Virus record (IMG/VR): IMGVR_UViG_3300020220_000046
Location: 1-62,051 of that record
Reading direction: 5' to 3' (one strand)
DNA: 62,051 bases
Source: a virus
Taxonomy: Duplodnaviria > Caudoviricetes
A program made the position numbers and the translations under genes. The notes under the pieces were generated by a model. It saw nothing but the letters and a program-made list of their open reading frames with translations. It was not told the DNA's origin and did no database searches. This document shows, piece by piece, positions 60,120-62,051 of the stretch (position 1 is the stretch's first letter; the number at the start of each line of letters is the position of its first letter).

Positions 60120-60494
60120 TTACTCTAAAGTTAAAAGATACAAAAGTTTGTTTAACAAACCAAGCATCTCATCCCTTAGGTTTAAAAGGTCTGTGTCTTT
60201 GGATGGGTCTAAGTCTTCTGTAAATTGGATGATACCTTCGACACATACTGTAATCATGTCTTTTGGATTCATCTCCGACAGGTTTATAAGTTTTATATTA
60301 TTAGTCTCATCATCTAAAACAAATCTACCATACTTACCCATAGCAATCTCAACGAATTCATCAATTAATTCTGTGAAATCATTATAAGTATTACCAAACG
60401 CTTCGTGTCTTGCGATACCCTTTGTTTGCCAGTGGTTAATTTTTAATTGTAGATGTAGTCCTAATAAAAAATTTACTTTAGAACCTAAATTCAT
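60120..60494 (-). CDS. Ferritin/Dps-like four-helix protein (DUF5856-like)
   Basis: HWQT...HEAFG..Y......DEFVE...G, DLLNLRDEM....NKLLYLLTL. Confidence 0.8.
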   Translation of the reverse strand: MNLGSKVNFLLGLHLQLKINHWQTKGIARHEAFGNTYNDFTELIDEFVEIAMGKYGRFVLDDETNNIKLINLSEMNPKDMITVCVEGIIQFTEDLDPSKDTDLLNLRDEMLGLLNKLLYLLTLE

Positions 60495-61155
60495 CTTGGT
60501 CGTCTTGTTTATTAAACGTATCTCTTATTGTTTCTTGTGAATAATTCTGAATATCGTCTTTGGTTAAGACATACTCATTTTTACCACTTGCCCTCATTTC
60601 ACCTTGTTTTTGTGAAAAGAACTCTTGTGGGTTTTGATTAAAGGGATATGAATCTAATGAACGCATCTCAAGTCTTTCTTGAGGGGTTGGTTCTTTTACT
60701 TGTTCAATCTTAGAGCCCAATTCGTCAATCTTAGCCATAACAGCATCCATATCTGCCAATTTTTGTTCTAAGTCGTTCAATTTAGTGAACACATCGTCCA
60801 TCTTAGAAACAACTCCTTGGTTCTCACCCCTGCTATTGTCCAAATCCTTTTTAATTGATTTGGTCATATTAACTAAATCGGTGATATCGATTTCTTCGGT
60901 TGTATCTTCTCCTCCCCCAACTGGTGGCGGTGCTCCAGCACCGGCATCCATAGGTGGAGGGGTGGGTGCTCCAGCACCGGCATCCATAGGTGGAGGGGTG
61001 GGTGCTCCAGCACCGGCATCCATAGGTGGAGCCACTGCCGCAGGGTCCGCTGGAGGGGGTGGAATTTCCTGTTCGTTCATTAATTTAGTTGCGTATTTGT
61101 TGATTTCTTTAAATCTAGCAACTTCTTCTAATAGTTTTTTTTCTAATTTACTCAT
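60478..61155 (-). CDS. Acidic Pro-rich coiled-coil protein (putative head/scaffold-associated)
   Basis: LLEEVARFKEINKY N-terminus, PPPMDAGAGA repeats, coiled coil. Confidence 0.7.
   Translation of the reverse strand: MSKLEKKLLEEVARFKEINKYATKLMNEQEIPPPPADPAAVAPPMDAGAGAPTPPPMDAGAGAPTPPPMDAGAGAPPPVGGGEDTTEEIDITDLVNMTKSIKKDLDNSRGENQGVVSKMDDVFTKLNDLEQKLADMDAVMAKIDELGSKIEQVKEPTPQERLEMRSLDSYPFNQNPQEFFSQKQGEMRASGKNEYVLTKDDIQNYSQETIRDTFNKQDDQDEFRF
60929..61031. repeat. Perfect 36-bp tandem repeat, ~2.9 copies (PTPPPMDAGAGA)
   Basis: Identical copies of GGTGCTCCAGCACCGGCATCCATAGGTGGAGGGGTG. Confidence 0.92.
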
Positions 61156-61159
61156 GGCT

Positions 61160-61363
61160 TTAATCTTGTAATAGTTGTCTACCGTCTTCGGTAATAAATT
61201 TTTTATTGATTCTTTCTACGATTCCATCTTTAATCCTGATGACATAACATTCGCCTGTCTGTAAATCACACTCTTCTCTTTCCATACCATCCTGAGAAAC
61301 ACTTTTGGTTTTGGTTGGGGAAATAAAATTGTCGAGTGCGTTATTTAATTTTTCGTTACTCAT
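61160..61363 (-). CDS. Hypothetical protein (CDL.TGEC motif)
   Basis: Start moved to MSNEK, downstream of TATTTAT at 61377-61383. Confidence 0.7.
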   Translation of the reverse strand: MSNEKLNNALDNFISPTKTKSVSQDGMEREECDLQTGECYVIRIKDGIVERINKKFITEDGRQLLQD

Positions 61364-61411
61364 AGTATTTTCTTTTATAAATATCAAAGAAATGATAAAA
61401 TATACCGATTG

Positions 61412-62050
61412 TTAAGACATTTTGAAGTATATTACTTCACCTGTATCTATTTTAAGTTCATCCATTAGTTTTGGCGACATACCCATACCATATCCCTCTA
61501 CTTTTGGACCTACCGATATTGGCCCTTGTACTGATAAGGGTCCTGAACCCGGTACTAATTGATAACTTGGTTGTAATGTATATGTTTTACCATTCTGAGG
61601 GTTTTTGAATTCTGTTTTTGCGGTTCTTATTTTTTGAGCATTCGCAGTACCGAGTTGGAACTTGGTATTGTAAAACTTCATATCTGAACCACTAACATCA
61701 GACCATTTGATTCCTTCCGCAACGTTCATGGTTGTTCCTGATTCAATAGGATATTTTTCCCCTCCCATTTTAATTACAATAGCCCTAAGCCAAGTTTCTG
61801 TTCCACTACCTGATGTGTAATCAACCTTTTGAATATCGGGTTCGTTATCATATCCGTTATATGGTACACCAAACTCTGTTATACCCACTTTTGGTGTTGA
61901 TTTTGTAAAGTCTTCTCCTTCTATTGATTTTGTCCCCATATTTGTAAAATATGTGACACCGTCAAATACAACTGTCTTGGTTGTACCCTCGATTGCCTTT
62001 TTTTGTTTTAATACCGATTTAGCCTTACTTGTCATTTTATCAAATAACAC
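61412..62050 (-). CDS. C-terminal part of a larger, probably virion protein (start outside the window)
   Basis: The frame is open to the window end, so the track start is probably not the real one. Confidence 0.7.
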   Translation of the reverse strand: MLFDKMTSKAKSVLKQKKAIEGTTKTVVFDGVTYFTNMGTKSIEGEDFTKSTPKVGITEFGVPYNGYDNEPDIQKVDYTSGSGTETWLRAIVIKMGGEKYPIESGTTMNVAEGIKWSDVSGSDMKFYNTKFQLGTANAQKIRTAKTEFKNPQNGKTYTLQPSYQLVPGSGPLSVQGPISVGPKVEGYGMGMSPKLMDELKIDTGEVIYFKMS

Positions 62051-62051
62051 T

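Noticed and set aside
440-61171. Most other short plus-strand and nested ORFs in the track
   Set aside because: They overlap longer, motif-bearing minus-strand genes and have no recognisable features.
1-62051. Stop-codon reassignment
   Set aside because: Conserved genes are full length and densely packed under the standard code, and TAG and TGA occur at plausible gene ends.

Overview
This is a segment of a large, AT-rich, tailed dsDNA phage genome with a T4-like baseplate and replication set. Genes are densely packed and almost all on the minus strand. A Bacteroidota host is inferred from a short sigma70 lacking region 1.1, a Bacteroidota-type histone H1-like protein, a TAnnTTTG promoter and A-rich leaders without Shine-Dalgarno sites. 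In order along the window: lectin-like and tail-fibre genes with a glycosyltransferase-like gene; thioredoxin, glutaredoxin, AAA ATPase and a Dam-family methyltransferase; Glu-rich putative head proteins; an envelope/lysis-like block; sigma factor and ClpP; SbcCD, exonuclease, primase and RuvC-like resolvase; a baseplate module with mucin-like Thr-Pro tracts; and nrdAB, helicase, 5'-3' exonuclease, RecA, SSB and a ferritin-like gene. The most notable signals are: (1) a ~135-nt multi-hairpin non-coding element with its own promoter motif and terminator (28214-28356); (2) four adjacent virion genes sharing near-identical Thr-Pro linker DNA but with different Cys-rich tips, suggesting domain shuffling; (3) an A10G slippery site giving a 66-aa -1 extension (17128-17339); (4) a TATTTAT motif before ~16 mostly structural genes; and (5) apparent absence of GATC. 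All product calls come from reading motifs by eye; no database search was run.
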